From Phoronis australis (taxonomy: Eukaryota > Animalia > Phoronida), in assembly GCA_002633005.1 (NCBI GenBank), contig NMRA01000714.1, positions 1 to 55,283 on the forward strand: 55,283 bases of DNA. The letters run 5' to 3'. How positions within the stretch are numbered: the stretch's first letter is position 1; every line of letters begins with the position of its first letter. This document shows positions 1-13,212 of this stretch, piece by piece. The translations under genes were made by a program, and so were the position numbers. The notes under the pieces are model-generated. The model was not told the origin of the DNA and made no database searches. It saw nothing but the letters and a program-made list of their open reading frames with translations.

Positions 1-1359
1 ACATATGAACCTAAGCTTTCGCCAAATATGGTCACGGACAGACAAATCTTTAAGTAATTTCTGCTGAATAATAACAAGACTATTGGTGTTGTCAGAACTG
101 GCTAACCCCACAGTTGACCAATTCCGGTGAATTTAAAGTTACATAATTCTGCTAGCAGAGCATAAACACATGGTTAGAGACAAACATGCTGATTCATTTC
201 CTATGCACTCATAGGAGGCAATAAATTTTAGTAAACAACTAATACCCTTAATTAATTACACAACAACCACTATATACTTAATACTTATACTTCTCATGTA
301 ATATTATTCTCATGTACATAGTCAACCCAAGTTCTAATCAGGCCTTCATGCAGCGTACGTCCTAGGCGTCCAAATGGACGCCCTAGCATTAATGTGGACA
401 CTCTGGCAAGGACGCCCAATGTATCATTTGGACGCCCTGTCAATCAGAATCTCTCCAGTTTGGACACCCACATTGTAAGATTACTAAGACTCCCAGTTAA
501 TCAAAGAGAGAAGTTGGCCCTTTCAACTCAGAAAGAAACATACAATGTATTTCAAATGTTGCAATATTCAAACTATTTTCAAAGTATTTGGTAGACCTGT
601 CAATCATTAGCACATGTTTGGTTGCCGGAGTGTCTGCTTTCAGTACTCATGTGCCACCGCAATTCTGTACTTTATATAGGAACATGGACCTTGCTCAACT
701 CCAAACTGGTGTTTCAGAGCTGTAGTTTCATCTACTTCATCTTTTTTTTGAAAACACCAAAAGCGAAATAAATGTCATTTTTTTAATAATATGATGTGCC
801 GCAAGAATATCCCCATTTAAGGTAAAAAATGACAAGCGAGTAGAAACAAGTCGAATCTTCGTATAAAAAAGTTCCTTCCAAAGGTCTTGATTTCAGTGTT
901 TCTTTGCAGATAAATATGTCGTACGGAAACAATTCAAAGTTTGAAGGACCACAACCCTATATGAAGGAATAGCGATAATAACTTCCCAAAACTCATAAGT
1001 GCTATCTTGTAGTCAAAACAATTCACTTTATCTCAGCATTGAAGACTTGGCGACAAACCTGTTTATGGTTGAATGAGAATCTGTCTGGCGGGGAAATTCG
1101 GTACCCATTACCGAAAAAAAATAATTATGCCCTTAGCTCCTAAACGACACGAATTGCTTATCTAATACATCATTCTGTTTACACTTCTGATTGGCCACGT
1201 CGCACTATCTATCGTCAGTCAGATATATAAACCATTTATATTCAAATGCTGTACTTCTCTATGTCAAACTTCTTGCAGTCATTATTTATCTGCATCAGCC
1301 TCCATATTCACCAAACTGCTCAAACGCTCAGAAAGAAAGCTGGCAGTGTTTCCTATTAA

Positions 1360-4300
1360 GTACTAGTCCACGAGAGCACCAGCCATGAGCGGCAAGGTGG
1401 GGGTCAGCCGATTTTCACCAAATTTGGCACATAAGTAGTCCTATGGGATCTATAAACAGCAGCCAAGTATTTCCTCAAAATATTACGTTTTTCTAAAATT
1501 ATAGGCTCGAACACATTTTACGGCTTCGCAGCCATGTTTTCACGGTATAAAAACTGTCCAGTTTTAACTGTTCATATTTTTCCTTGAATGAAAGCTATTG
1601 ATTTATTATTCACTTGGCATTGTTTAGTGGTGCCTGTAGATTGTTACACAGATGTCTTGAAACACGATTCCGATTTACCACCCTCATTTAGTAGTTTTAC
1701 TACACTGCCCCCCGTTATGCCATTTTGAGGTTGTGTTCAGTACACTGCTGTACCAAATCTGCCCCCACTGTTATGAGAATCAAACTTAGCCAAAATGTTG
1801 ACAAAACATGTTACTTTCATTTCATAAAATAAAAACTTTGTCAGCCAGTTTATTAGTTATACATTTTGGTACCTCAAATGTACTAAAATGAGAAATTTTC
1901 ATATATCTGAGATCGATGCGTGAGCACCGTAAAATCCGATTGTCCTTCATGTTTTTCGATATTTTGCAACAAGTTAGTTCCTCCTGAATGTTTTGAACGT
2001 TTTACTACTGATCACTTAGGGCTATAGTACCCCTAAATACCATACATGGCTCCATTTTGTAAAAAGCCGATTATGTCCTCCACAGTGAACAGGGTTAGAC
2101 ATGAACTCGACAAATGTAGGTTATATTGATTTACAGTTGTTTTACTTTGCAATTTCCTCATGGGTATTTCTTCACACATATTCAAGTCAGATTTTCTGTT
2201 GATCAAATGTTCATGCAATGCATTGTAATATCAAATGAAGGATAAGTTTGGTTGCATGACCGCAATTTTTCCCACGACTTAAAACAAAAGACCGCAGAAA
2301 TTTTCCTGACGAAATACCGGGTTTGCAGTTCTCTAAAACATTCGAATGACAAGAAAAACTCCACCACTGTCCGTGGCAACTCGTCGCATGTTTTTCGCCC
2401 ATCGGTCCTATCATTGTTTTCCTTTGTTGTGTCATTGTTGGATGTAACAACAAAGGTCGCATAGATATAGAATCTTGCGTACATCAGACCGTTGCAGATA
2501 AGTGCTCGTCATTATATCTTTATTATAACAACGGGAACAATGAAGATGCTAATCTATTGTTCTCTATGCGACCAGGTTTCCCGTGGATGACCACAGAAGA
2601 GGAATCCCAAAGTATCCACAAACAATGACCACGCACCTCAGTAACTATTACCGCACACACGAATCCTTTCCGTGGAACCTAAACAGCAAATTTTTTAATC
2701 CGTGTATTGTGTTGTATTGCTCATGGTACGGGTTCAGACTCTGTTGTATTAAGATTCCAATCCCCAACCCTGTAATATGTAGTTTGAGTAAAATTTCTAG
2801 ACAATGCAGGTTTATGGATTTATTCTCCTTCAAATGAAGAGTGAAAATAAAATTCTGCACAGTTTTTTTTAAAAGTAATCATTTATTGGAAGATCACACA
2901 TCTAAAAAATAAAACAATGTTTGACAATTTTATTCATTATCTTATTTGAAAATTGCCTACCTCACAGACAACTCATCTAAGTTGAAAATATTCCTTGTGA
3001 AAAAATATAAAATACCAACTAGAGACTTGTGTACTACAAAATATGTTTTCGTAATACAATGCAAAAATAACTATACAGTCAAAAGTGCAAATGTTATGAC
3101 TCTAATAAAAATGCCTTCTAGATCTTTTCAACACTCTAATTGCTACAGGACAGAGTCAACCACACAAAGCTCATAAAGTCAAGGAATTACATTTAAGGTG
3201 ATGTAGTCTCATTGCGAAAAAGTGATTTCGCAATATTGCTGACAACACTGGAAATCTCTTCTTCCCAAACTTGAGGTAGCTGTATTTACCACATCAATGT
3301 TCTTATCAAAACTAGCCACCACAAAATGAAAAATCGGCTTGTCGGTTCCAATTAGGTAGCATTTTACAATGAAATGGTCATGAAAAAATACTTTTGCAAC
3401 ATGGTTTGCATTACAATTGCCCTACGATTACAGTTGTACATACATACTAGACCAGTAACAAAATTACCCATGGGAACCATAAAATGGTCAATTCGCCAAA
3501 AAAACAAGGAGCCACAAGAGCTAATGTGCCAATACTTTTCAGTACTGCAACAAAAAATCATTTGAAGTGGATATAAACTCGCCTATCACATAAAACAACT
3601 TTTGATTAAGACATTTTACCATCACGAAATAGGTATTACTTCCAGGTCACTTTGAGCAATTTCAGAACTTTGAAAGGTCTGGCAATATGCAATTGCTAGA
3701 GACCAGACTAATAGTGTGTGATTTTATACACACAGCATGGTCTCAAGGAATAGCAAACTGTCAATTCGCTACAATTCCAGAAATCACTTCCCATCTGGAT
3801 AAGGAACAAACTGAGCAAAGTTTATAGAGGTAAATGGTCTAAATCAAAACTTATTACCTCCTGGACAGAATATGGGTTTACAACCCAGGCAGAAAGATAA
3901 GTTAACAAAACCAGCCTAACTGCAACAGGGTCTCAAATTTCAGTAATATATACCCATTTACAAACAAAAATCTATAATGGTAAATAAAATGCGGAAACAT
4001 AAATTCAGATCAATTACGCATCTTCAAGGAAAGGGAATAGTACAGTGGTCAGAAATCATCTAAATGTGATGGCGACACTGAGAAATCCTGTCAGACCAAA
4101 AAATCCAGTGGCTAAACAAAATGAACAATGTACCATTACCATGTGGCCCAGGATCATGATCCGTGCCTGGACAAAAATTCAGTCTTAGACTAGGTAAATT
4201 TTAGATTTGTGCTGTTCACACAAGCAGTTCTGGTGCAAACAAAGCTTGCGACAACACACAAGCCTACTTCCCTACACAGCTGTGCTGATACAATAATGCC

Positions 4301-6288
4301 CCCACTGGATTTAGCAGATCAGCCAGAGTATTTACAGGTCCAGCCACTGTACTGTTTCCTCCCTTTGAATTTTTACAATGCTACATCCTTGACAATCGCA
4401 GATTGCCTCTTTCAATGCATACTCCACTTCCTCTGTCCCAGTTTCCCCACATTTGCTGAAAGTGGCCTATCTCAACAAATTACTTTGGACCTGTTGTGGT
4501 ATAAGCCAGTAATCTTTGGCAAATACTTTTTCCCCGACTCGTTCCTCAAGCTACAAATTCTCTTTGACATATCTTCTGGGAGTAGACTTTTCGGCCTCTC
4601 TCTAGCCCCCTCACTTAGTTGTCCAGAAGGGTACCTTCTTACTGGTTGTGAACTTTTCCATACCCAACCTTTACTAATAATCGGCAAGTCTCCAACTTCA
4701 GCAGAAGCCACTTCTTCAGCATAAGCCTTTCCTGATTCCTAAAATTGTATTAATGAAAAATTAAACAAATTAAATTTTATGTGGCCATTTCGGCTCAGAA
4801 AATATGAATACCAAGCATGTTTAATTAAATTCATAATCGCAGAAAATCATTGGTAGACATAACATACTCCCTAGTCTCTAAAAGTAGTTCATGGGCAGAA
4901 GTTGCGTTACACATTTGGTGGTTGTTATGAAAAGTTATGATGACTACCTATTTTCTATGCCAATGTAGTTGCATAAACATCAACATATTTGAATAAGATA
5001 TGATTTAGCAATAAGGCCCAAGTTATAAGCAATCACGGTGTGTCAATAAAAGTATTTTTGCATGAATGACGCGCTTCTAAAAATACTCCTCAAGGTCGGA
5101 CCCTGGAGTTTAGTGATTCCTACCTGAGCTCACACGAAGCTGGACGTTGAACCTTGACTTAACGTCTTTGGTCATTTTTCAGACCTCTATCAGATTTCTC
5201 CTCTAGTGTGCAGTGGATATTCTCGGTTTCTTGGGCGAGGCCAATATATCTCGAGTGTTGTAACGATGATTCTACGGTAGATTATGTAGCTCCTGCACAC
5301 TGAGACAGACTGAGTCACGTTCCACCTCCACATCAGCTCCATGTACTCTTATAAGGTGCTCAAATGTCTCGCTCTATACCTTATGCATTTCCCAAGAGTT
5401 TCCAAAGTTGTTTCTCTCCGCAATTTGTGGAAATACAACAGTCGATGCGACTGGCAGTGCCAGATAAACAGATAAATTCGCAAACCCACACTTTAGGTCA
5501 GCCATCATTCAACTAACGCATTGTAAGCTTTAGTTTGGTATTCAAACGAATTGGATGAACAAATTTAGTATAATTTCATATTTTATTTGAAAATGCTAGT
5601 GTCCTTGAAATTAATTAAGAACATTTAAGCAAACCAATTGTTTTAATTGTTGTATTATACCACGGCATATTTATGCGTAGAAACGGCGCACAACTAGTGA
5701 CTGGTTTAACATGACAAATACACATACGCGGTCTGAAAATAGTGAAATTCAGACACCTATTACCAAGCCTGCCTGAAGGGCTGACAAAGTTTTTATTGTA
5801 TTAATTTCAAGGGCATGGAGTCTTCTACATGCCCATGTTATTATTTTTAGTTTTCTCGCGGGGGCAGCTTCGCTATAAGGGTACAGCTTACTGCTGGTTT
5901 TTCACAAGACGGAAATGTGAGTCCACGGAAACAGTTCCAGTGTTACCATGGTAACCGATATTGCAGTGTCGGTGCCTTTTTTACTGACATTCGTCATGAA
6001 CCTATCATGTGATATCAAAATTGTTCAGAAACGATTCTGTTTGAAGCAGAAACTGGAGTAGAAAATTTGGTCAAAAATGACTCATTCCACACCAAGAAAT
6101 TGCCTCATTTTGCCCCCCAGAACACTTCCCTTGTATCTCCTAAACCACCAAACTTTGTGGTGTCTTACTTCACCCATTTTCTCTCATCCCTAATGTGATT
6201 TATCAGACTAAACATGGATCTGAATGGCTGACCCCCCACCTTGCCGCTTGTTGGCTGTACAGTGGTCGGTGGATCCGTGGACTGATAC
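1360..6288 (-). mobile_element. TTAA-flanked DNA transposon derivative, Sola3-like, copy A (internally deleted)
   Basis: TTAA at 1356-1359 and 6289-6292. Termini GTACTAGTCCACG... and ...CGTGGACTGATAC (13 bp imperfect TIR), plus an inverted subterminal AGCGGCAAGGTGGGGG(G)TCAGCC motif at both ends. The whole unit recurs inverted at 40906-45924. The superfamily call rests on TTAA plus decayed protein motifs and is less certain than the boundaries. Confidence 0.85.
4330..4738 (-). pseudogene. Decayed C-terminal exon of a Sola3-like transposase (copy A)
   Basis: After a ttttag acceptor it reads ESGKAYAEEVASAEVGDLPIISKGWVWKSSQPVRRY...PEDMSKRICSLRNESG, then after a frameshift FAKDYWLIPQQVQSNLLR. 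This resembles the GW(A)LK...RF...G..F..E.L..QI.S.FSR C-terminal block I associate with Sola3-type transposases. Stops and frameshifts are present. Confidence 0.55.
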
Positions 6289-7139
6289 TTAACAACAGTA
6301 TGACTGGTGTTGATTTTTGATACATTCTGCACTACCTTTTGGCCACTTTTTGACACTGATTAACATCTCTTCAAACAAACTGTTCGTGATGCAGTCCTGG
6401 TGAGTTTCAACGTTCTGCATATCTCTTGTTATTTTGTGCAGTTGAGATATATGTGTTACATAACGTAAGTGATGATACCTGTGGGTTATTATATCTCGAT
6501 TCGTGATATGCAAAAGTATTTAACTGTGTGTTCTAAAAGTTACACAAGGCTACAAGGTGCAATATGGCGGTAAATAGGTCACAAAAACGGCCACTAAAAT
6601 TATTCACAAAATGTGGACTGTGGATTATCTGCTCTGTCTAGCACAAAACTGTCAGATTTTAATAAATGGCATAAAATTATGCAGAGTTTACGTTGGTTAT
6701 TCCAGGCACCAAAGTATAACTTATGATTTATTTTGTAAGTTACTTATTTTCGTTGCCGAAAACAAACATTTTGGGAGACGGCAAATTTAGCGAATTGTGC
6801 CAGTTTGTGGTCTCATGGTCCAGCGACGAAATTAGGGGTTATTAAGTGCACAAAATTTGGCATTTAGATTTTTGTTAGGGTACCTATTCATGTACAAAAA
6901 TGATTTTTTTAATTCTATGTATAGAGTGAATTTTGAAAATCTACTGGTTTTTATATGGACTGTTTCTTAAATTGTTATCTGTCAAGTCATCAGTTTTTCT
7001 CAAATGATATACAATTTCGAGAAAAAAATAGAGCGACAACTGTCTCCGTTATCCCTTGCCAGGGAGTAGCCTCTGGACAAATATAGTTTTCTATTCGCAA
7101 AATTGCATATTTGAATTTAAAACGATCTTGATTTTTTAA

Positions 7140-7240
<101 letters not shown>

Positions 7241-7824
7241 TATTTATATACCGGTATTTGAATTATTAAGGTTATCTCCAACCTTATTCACAAAAATGGC
7301 CATTTTTACAATATTTCACGGGTCTAGTAAAATACCTTACACTGTATCTTCATTCTCGGGGAACTTCAAATATAAAATAAAAACTGCGTAGCGAAAAAAA
7401 AAAGATTTAACAGAACAACCCAGGAACCGCACAACTGCGTTGATATTGGTTTACTACTTATCTGAGATCAAACGTTAAAGGGCTTTCAATCAAATCGAAT
7501 CTCCCTCCAGGTACAGAGCAGCTTCGTACATGTATACCCTCAGTCCTTTCATTCCCAAAATCGCCATAACATTGAGTAAACGAGGTGTACTTATAGTAGA
7601 ATGTTACCGGGGAAAACAAAAACAAAACGCAGTTTTGATCCTAAAGGAATTGTGCGTCTACGTGCATTCGACCGTTGGCGTTGAGAATTAAATGCTACTG
7701 CCGCGGTAACAACATCTGACCACGGGAGCATTTAGAGTCCACCTTAGTATGAACAGAAATGGATATCTGCCTTTGTCCGCACCCGGGGTGTGACCCCTGG
7801 GGGCCTTACAAAGGGCCCAACAAA

Positions 7825-8445
7825 TTAGCTAGACTAGATATCTGAAATACCAACCAAAACTGATTTAAAAACGACCGCACTGAACACCGAATGACCCATG
7901 ACAGACAAATTACACTCTAAAATGGGTCCGCTAGAAAGCAAAAAGAACCCCCCAAAAATCAGCTAGCACATACATTCGACGTACCACACAAAACCAATTC
8001 CATATGATTCAATACATGTCACAGATCACTAAATACCCTATGACAGACAAATTACACTCTGGATTGTGCCCGGCAGAAACCAAAAAAAATCTCAACCACT
8101 GTACATGTATGCCATCAAAATCAAAAATTTGAGCTAGGCTAGATTTTCGAGGTACCGGTTAAAACTGGTTTTAAACAAACAATAGTAGCGCACTGTACAC
8201 CAAATGTTCCATGACAGACAAATTGCACTCTGAAATGGGTCCGGAAGAAATCAAAAAGCTCCCCCCCCCCAAAAAAAAAATGAGCTAGCACATACATTCG
8301 AGGTACCACGCAAAACGGCCATTCCATAAGGTTCCATATATGCCACAGGTCACTAAATGCCCTATGACAAACAAAATTCACTCTGGACTTTGCCTGGCAG
8401 AAACCCTAAAAAAATCTCAACCACAGTACTGTATGTGCTATCGAA
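7825..8445 (+). repeat. ~300 bp tandem units (about 2) in the left TIR arm
   Basis: ATGACAGACAAATTRCACTCT recurs about every 150 bp and GCTAGCACATACATTCGA about every 310 bp. Confidence 0.85.
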
Positions 8446-9444
8446 ACCACGATTCACGATTTTTAGTTAGGGGTAAGGGCAAAGGAATAACCAGAATTTC
8501 GGCTGATGCGAGCGCCCAGCCTAAATTGTGGGGATGCAGGGGTCTCGAATTTTGGGTTTGCGGACCTGTTGACTAAAAAAACGGTAATCGGGGTATGTTC
8601 AGGGCCTCTGCATTGTTTATTCACCCCCGAGCCCCCTTGGTTGCGCACATGTGCTAGTCAGCAAGTCGCATCCGAACTCCCAAATGGTATCTGGTAGAAT
8701 TTTAGGGAGGGCCATGGCCCCCTTGCCCCCCCAAATCCGCCACTGCATATTAGATGAGTTTATACTTTTGCGTCTACTGAGCTCTCACACTGGTTGTCAA
8801 ATGGATGATTGCGGAGAGTAAGCATTTTGGAAAGTACATGTACCTGATAACAGTAAAACTTGAGGATACAGGAACTGTCTAAAACCAACCCACTCAATGA
8901 AGTTTAAGAACGCAGATTGTGTAAAATATAAAACGCTATTAAAACTGCCAGCAGAAAGGATACATGTACGTCAGTGAAAACATATGGCCCCTAAATTTGC
9001 GCTAGATCGAGGAGCCACGAAAATTGTTTCCAAACAGCTCTTTCATCCCATTGACTACTAAACAATACGTTGAAAGAAAAGTAACAGACGTGCTTTTAAA
9101 AAACTCCTTTAGTCAAAATAAACTACATGAAATAGAGCAACACTTTCAAACAGAAACAGATAATTAAAATCGCTGTATCGACGAGAACATCAAGCTGCTG
9201 TACGTTTAAAGTGTAAATTGCAAGGTCTCAACCAATCTGAACAACAATATGCTCTAAATTCGTGTTTATAATTATTATTGCTATATTCTTAACATTAACT
9301 GAATTGTACGTCGCTATAAAAAGTTATTTACATATTTGTTGCCGTGGCGTTGTAACGCCATTGTTGTAACGGAAAATAGAAACGGCGCCATTTTCCTTCG
9401 TTACACATCTGTGACGTGGTGTTGGGGAACACAAAGAAAACAAT

Positions 9445-9714
9445 ATGGATCCCAGTGAGTACAGCAGCGTAGATGAAGAATATTTTGAAAGATACAGGGA
9501 GGGTCAGGTGGAGTTTTCAGACGATTCTGACGTTTCGGATGTGGAGGAGGAGGCGACAGACCCCATAGGAACCGTTGAATTTGTGCTCACACCTTCTCTC
9601 TAGTAGAACCGTTTCCCTTGCTCCGGTTGTCGACGATCCAGCCCCAGCCGGTTCGTGCAGTGAATATCAACGGGCAGAAGGTGCGCAGGAGTTGCGACAG
9701 AATGTTAGTGACTG
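9445..9714 (+). pseudogene. Putative exon 1 of the KolX-like gene (acidic N-terminus, frameshifted)
   Basis: ATG at 9445 gives MDPSEYSSVDEEYFERYREGQVEFSDDSDVSDVEEEA... to a TAG at 9601. The +1 frame reads ...AQELRQNVSD-TG|GTAAGA, which joins exon 2 to make W-C-T-C-D-N-C. Confidence 0.6.
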
Positions 9715-9927
9715 GTAAGAATATTATAAATATGCATCATACTACCGCGAATTACTACTTGGTCTTTTTTAATTTTAAGTTCAGTAGCTTTACCGGTCAC
9801 TCCCAGGCGCTCTCGTCCCCACTGATGAATCATTTTTCAGCCGTGGATAAGTACCAGTTTCAGTGATAAAAAATGGGACTCGTTGCACTTACGCAAATCA
9901 CTCAACAATGTGTGGTCTTTCATTATT

Positions 9928-10135
9928 TGTAGACAGTGGCGCATTGGTTTGGGCCCCGGACTCTTGTTTGTGAGACTCGGGTTCGAATCCTGGCTTTCAC
10001 TGGCAGACAATTGGGCATTGTACGAAGTTGTCTCCTACTCCCCTGAGCTCAGTCTTACTAGTGAGTGAATAAATGTATGCATGGGAAAGAATGAGAACCA
10101 CCTCCCAATACTCAACTGTGTAGTGTAAACAAGAG
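9928..10135 (+). mobile_element. tRNA-derived SINE-like insertion in the KolX intron
   Basis: A box TGGCGCATTGG (9937-9947) and B box GGTTCGAATCC (9980-9990), then a non-tRNA body and an A-rich end. Boundaries approximate. Confidence 0.6.
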
Positions 10136-10836
10136 GAAAAAAGAATTGCAATTTTGCAACTTAGACTTTCTTACCTGGGGGCCGGAGGGAATTCCATGGG
10201 TTATAAAACAGGTCACTTCATTTTCATACTCTAGGGCCAAGTCAACTTGGACCCAGAGCAATGTACACACGTTTTTCTAACCAGGTTTAGTTTGTGTAAG
10301 TCAATGCTTTCATGCCTATGTACCTAATGTTGCTGTTATTTGTGAAAATTGGTACATGGCTTGGGTGAGAGTTGACTTGGGAAGGAACCGTCTGGTAAAG
10401 TTTCTAAAGAGTATAGAAGGCATCGGATATTGAGAAGTTTTTAAAAATGTTTACTGTAATATTCACGATTATTAACAAAACAGACCCCTCCATCAATGAA
10501 TCAGGTGTCAGCAAATCAAACTAAGTATGTCCATTCCTATATATATATCCCCCAGGCATGATCTGCCACTGCCCTGGGTGTAGCAGTATTCATTTGTATG
10601 AAAAGTAAATATCTTTACTATTTATGTGATGTTTCAAAGCTTGTTTTTTGGAATTTAGTTTCATTTTTGTTCTGTTTTAAACAGGTCGCTGCTCAACAAT
10701 CAGTCTTCTCGAAAACTGAGGTCATTGCAAACCCTCAATTAATTTGGCCGAGACACTCTTGGTAAATCAGTAATTTTTTCAATTCGACATTTTGATGTTT
10801 ACTAAAGTAATGTATACATATTGTCACATCTTGCAG

Positions 10837-11245
10837 GTGCACGTGTGACAACTGTCAGACTACTGCAGTCATTGAAGAAAGAGTATGTTGTCAAGAAGTC
10901 GACAAAGTTATTGCTAAACTTGAGGACGAAATGAAGAGGGACAACTTAAACGGAAGAAAAAAATGTATCGTGTACCATGGAAGTTTTCAACCTGTGTGCA
11001 TCAATCGTGATGTTTTGGAGACTGCATGGTTGCAGTATAAAAGCCAATATCCGGATGGCTATGACGGACCCTTTGATAAAAGGATGCGACACATAGCCTA
11101 CAGACAGTTCCAAAGATGGGTGCATGGTCACCTAGGACGAACTGTCCGTGTTGTAATTCCAGCATGCGCAGTAGCCTGCATCAGAGCTTTTTACCCTCCA
11201 CCGGGAAATGAGGAGGACTTTGAGTTTCAAGGGTTTTCTTATTAG
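10837..11245 (+). CDS. KolX / P2X7 cytoplasmic ballast (Zn-coordinating cysteine) domain exon
   Basis: Acceptor ttgcag at 10831-10836. Open frame (W)CTCDNCQ...EERVCCQE...KKCIVYHGSFQPVCINRDVL...MRHIAYRQFQRWVHGHLGRTVRVVIPACAVACIRAFYP...GF, matching the C-x-C-x2-C, CC, CI, AYRxF..W..LG..R..IP.C...IR..P pattern of P2X7-C-terminal/nanor/KolX proteins. Confidence 0.9.
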
Positions 11246-12116
11246 TTTCATTTATGTATATATATATCGAGTTGTCTTATCCCTGGAATGCCAACTCCAG
11301 CTCATTACCTAAGTACTCTATTACTAAAACTTGTGACTCGGGGAGTATCTACTTTGGACGAGTTGAAATAAGTGACAAGTTCCATAGAGAGAACAAATAT
11401 CCTAACAAACGAATGCAATCACAGCGCAATCTCAGTGGTACAAAAATGAAGTTGGCATTCCATGATGGATTTCTGTGTTTTCAGAATGGTAAACAATTGA
11501 CAAAGAAAGTAGCATATATTGATGTTCAGGAACTTATAGTGACATGGTCATGACAAGTGTAATGTTACTAGAACTACATTATAAACCTCTAAACTCAACA
11601 TCAGTTATGGTTTACTTAGGAATTGGTCTCACTGGAGTTGTTAGTGAGTTTCAAGTGAACACATTCAACAATATTGCTGTTACATAAAAATCTGGACTAT
11701 TGTCTGAGGTAGAGACTGAATCTCCTGCCCTCTTCTTATACAGTAGGACTCGTTACATTGGTAGTGCTTCATTGGAAACTAGAAAGGCTAGCATGCATTA
11801 ATTCCTGTAACGCCTCCAAGTAACTTTGACTTCGATGAAATATCTGTCTCACTGGCTCCAACTTACCGAGTTCTACTGTAATTCAACAAGACATTAACTA
11901 CCATGACGTGGCAAACTACTGAATTTCCACCCAAAAGCTCCAGTATGCAATAGCTTCAGATGTCTATGACATGGTATAAAACACACAAAATTATACACAT
12001 GTATAGGAAGTGAGAAATCTGGAGAGAGTGCTTGGACCACTCGCAAAAAAACTCGCAAGAAAATGTTAGACAGTAGAGTTGGGATTCTGTGCAAATGATT
12101 ATTCTGTCGTACAATT

Positions 12117-12489
12117 TGAATGATATTGGCAGACACGAGAAGACTGACGACCCATGTATATTTTCATCACTACCAATGTTTTAGGGGTTTTTTTTGAAAG
12201 CTGTACAGATAGCAATGCTAGAGTATTTATAGTACCAGTATTGGAAATCGTGAAACACTTTTGAGCGTGCCATATGGCTGTCCGCTTTGTATAAACCCTG
12301 CGACATACTATGTTCTAACATTGAAACATTTCAATGTTACTTCAATATAATGACTATAAATATTGTGGCATAGCTTTTAGGTTTATTTGATTAACAGTAA
12401 ACTGTTGCCGTCCCATATAATGCATCGGTAAGGGGGCGAAAAGGTACCTGTGTGGGTCGTCAGTCTTTTCGTGCCCCAATATCATTCAT
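12117..12489. repeat. Small inverted-repeat (MITE-like) element between the convergent Kolobok genes
   Basis: TGAATGATATTGG..CACGARAAGACTGACGACCCA at ~12117-12153 is inverted at ~12453-12489. No TSD identified. Confidence 0.55.
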
Positions 12490-12545
12490 TGTCATGTATG
12501 TGATGGAAAGAAATATCAGTACTGTCCATTGACAAAACAAGCAGT

Positions 12546-12727
12546 CTAATTGAATTTGTCTGGATATCGGCTCCTCATCCGTGCCACGGCCTCCTCCTTG
12601 GACACGTCTGGAGCACCAGCACTCAGCATTGGAGGGGCGTCAATTTCCAAACAAATTTCGAGGTCACTGGCTTCTCTTTTATTTCGCAACAAGTGTAACG
12701 TATTCTTCCTTACTTCGTTCACATACT
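12546..12727 (-). pseudogene. Last exon of the Kolobok transposase
   Basis: Acceptor ttttcag, then EYVNEVRK...DAPPMLSAGAPDVSKEEAVARMRSRYPDKFN*. It resembles the PPPL...KEEAVA...SRF tail of THAP/Kolobok transposases and lies on the same strand as, and downstream of, the THAP exon. Confidence 0.7.
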
Positions 12728-13060
12728 CTGAAAAGCACAACTGCAATTTAAAGTAAAAATCATTTTGAATCAATGATTTAAGTTAAACACGACGTCACCT
12801 AAGTGCAAGTTTTCGCCTACTTTTATAACCTTCAAGCAAAGGCCAAAACCAGAGTTAACCCTGTTTTATTTTTGAAGCAGGTTACTTTAATAATCAAAAC
12901 CGTGCAACTTAAGTACCATCGTTAGAACAGTTCAAACTTTTGTCAGCACACCACCATCTATTACTTGGTTGACAAAACCCCACAAAGAACCTCCTGATGC
13001 TCAAATACAGTGGTCTCTGATATTCAGAAGCGCACCATAGCCTCGTGGGGGGGGGGGGGC

Positions 13061-13212
13061 TGTAGTAATAGCCGAGATTACCCGACTCTGGAATCGAACC
13101 CACGACCCCCATAAAACCGGCAAGCGTGCTAACCATTCAGCTAATAGGCAATTTCCCATTACCGATTAGCTAACAGAGGCTCATATGATTCACCGGAAGC
13201 ACATCTACAACA
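13061..13212. mobile_element. 152 bp solo-LTR-like insertion containing a tRNA-like Pol III promoter
   Basis: TGTAGTA...TACAACA termini. GGGC duplicated at 13057-13060 and 13213-13216. Minus-strand A box TAGCTGAATGG and B box GGTTCGATTCC. Confidence 0.6.

Noticed and set aside
4209-4724. 171 aa ORF (and its mirror at 42573-43089) as a conserved gene
   Set aside because: It is antisense to the transposase-like remnant and is frameshifted in copy B; its recurrence is explained by the element duplication.
9928-10000. Functional tRNA genes here and at ~13075-13150
   Set aside because: A and B boxes are present, but I could not fold a convincing cloverleaf and there is no adjacent T-run terminator; better explained as TE-derived.
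10931-11245. Host P2X7 receptor gene
   Set aside because: Only the ballast-like domain is present, with no channel exons, and it lies inside Kolobok TIRs.
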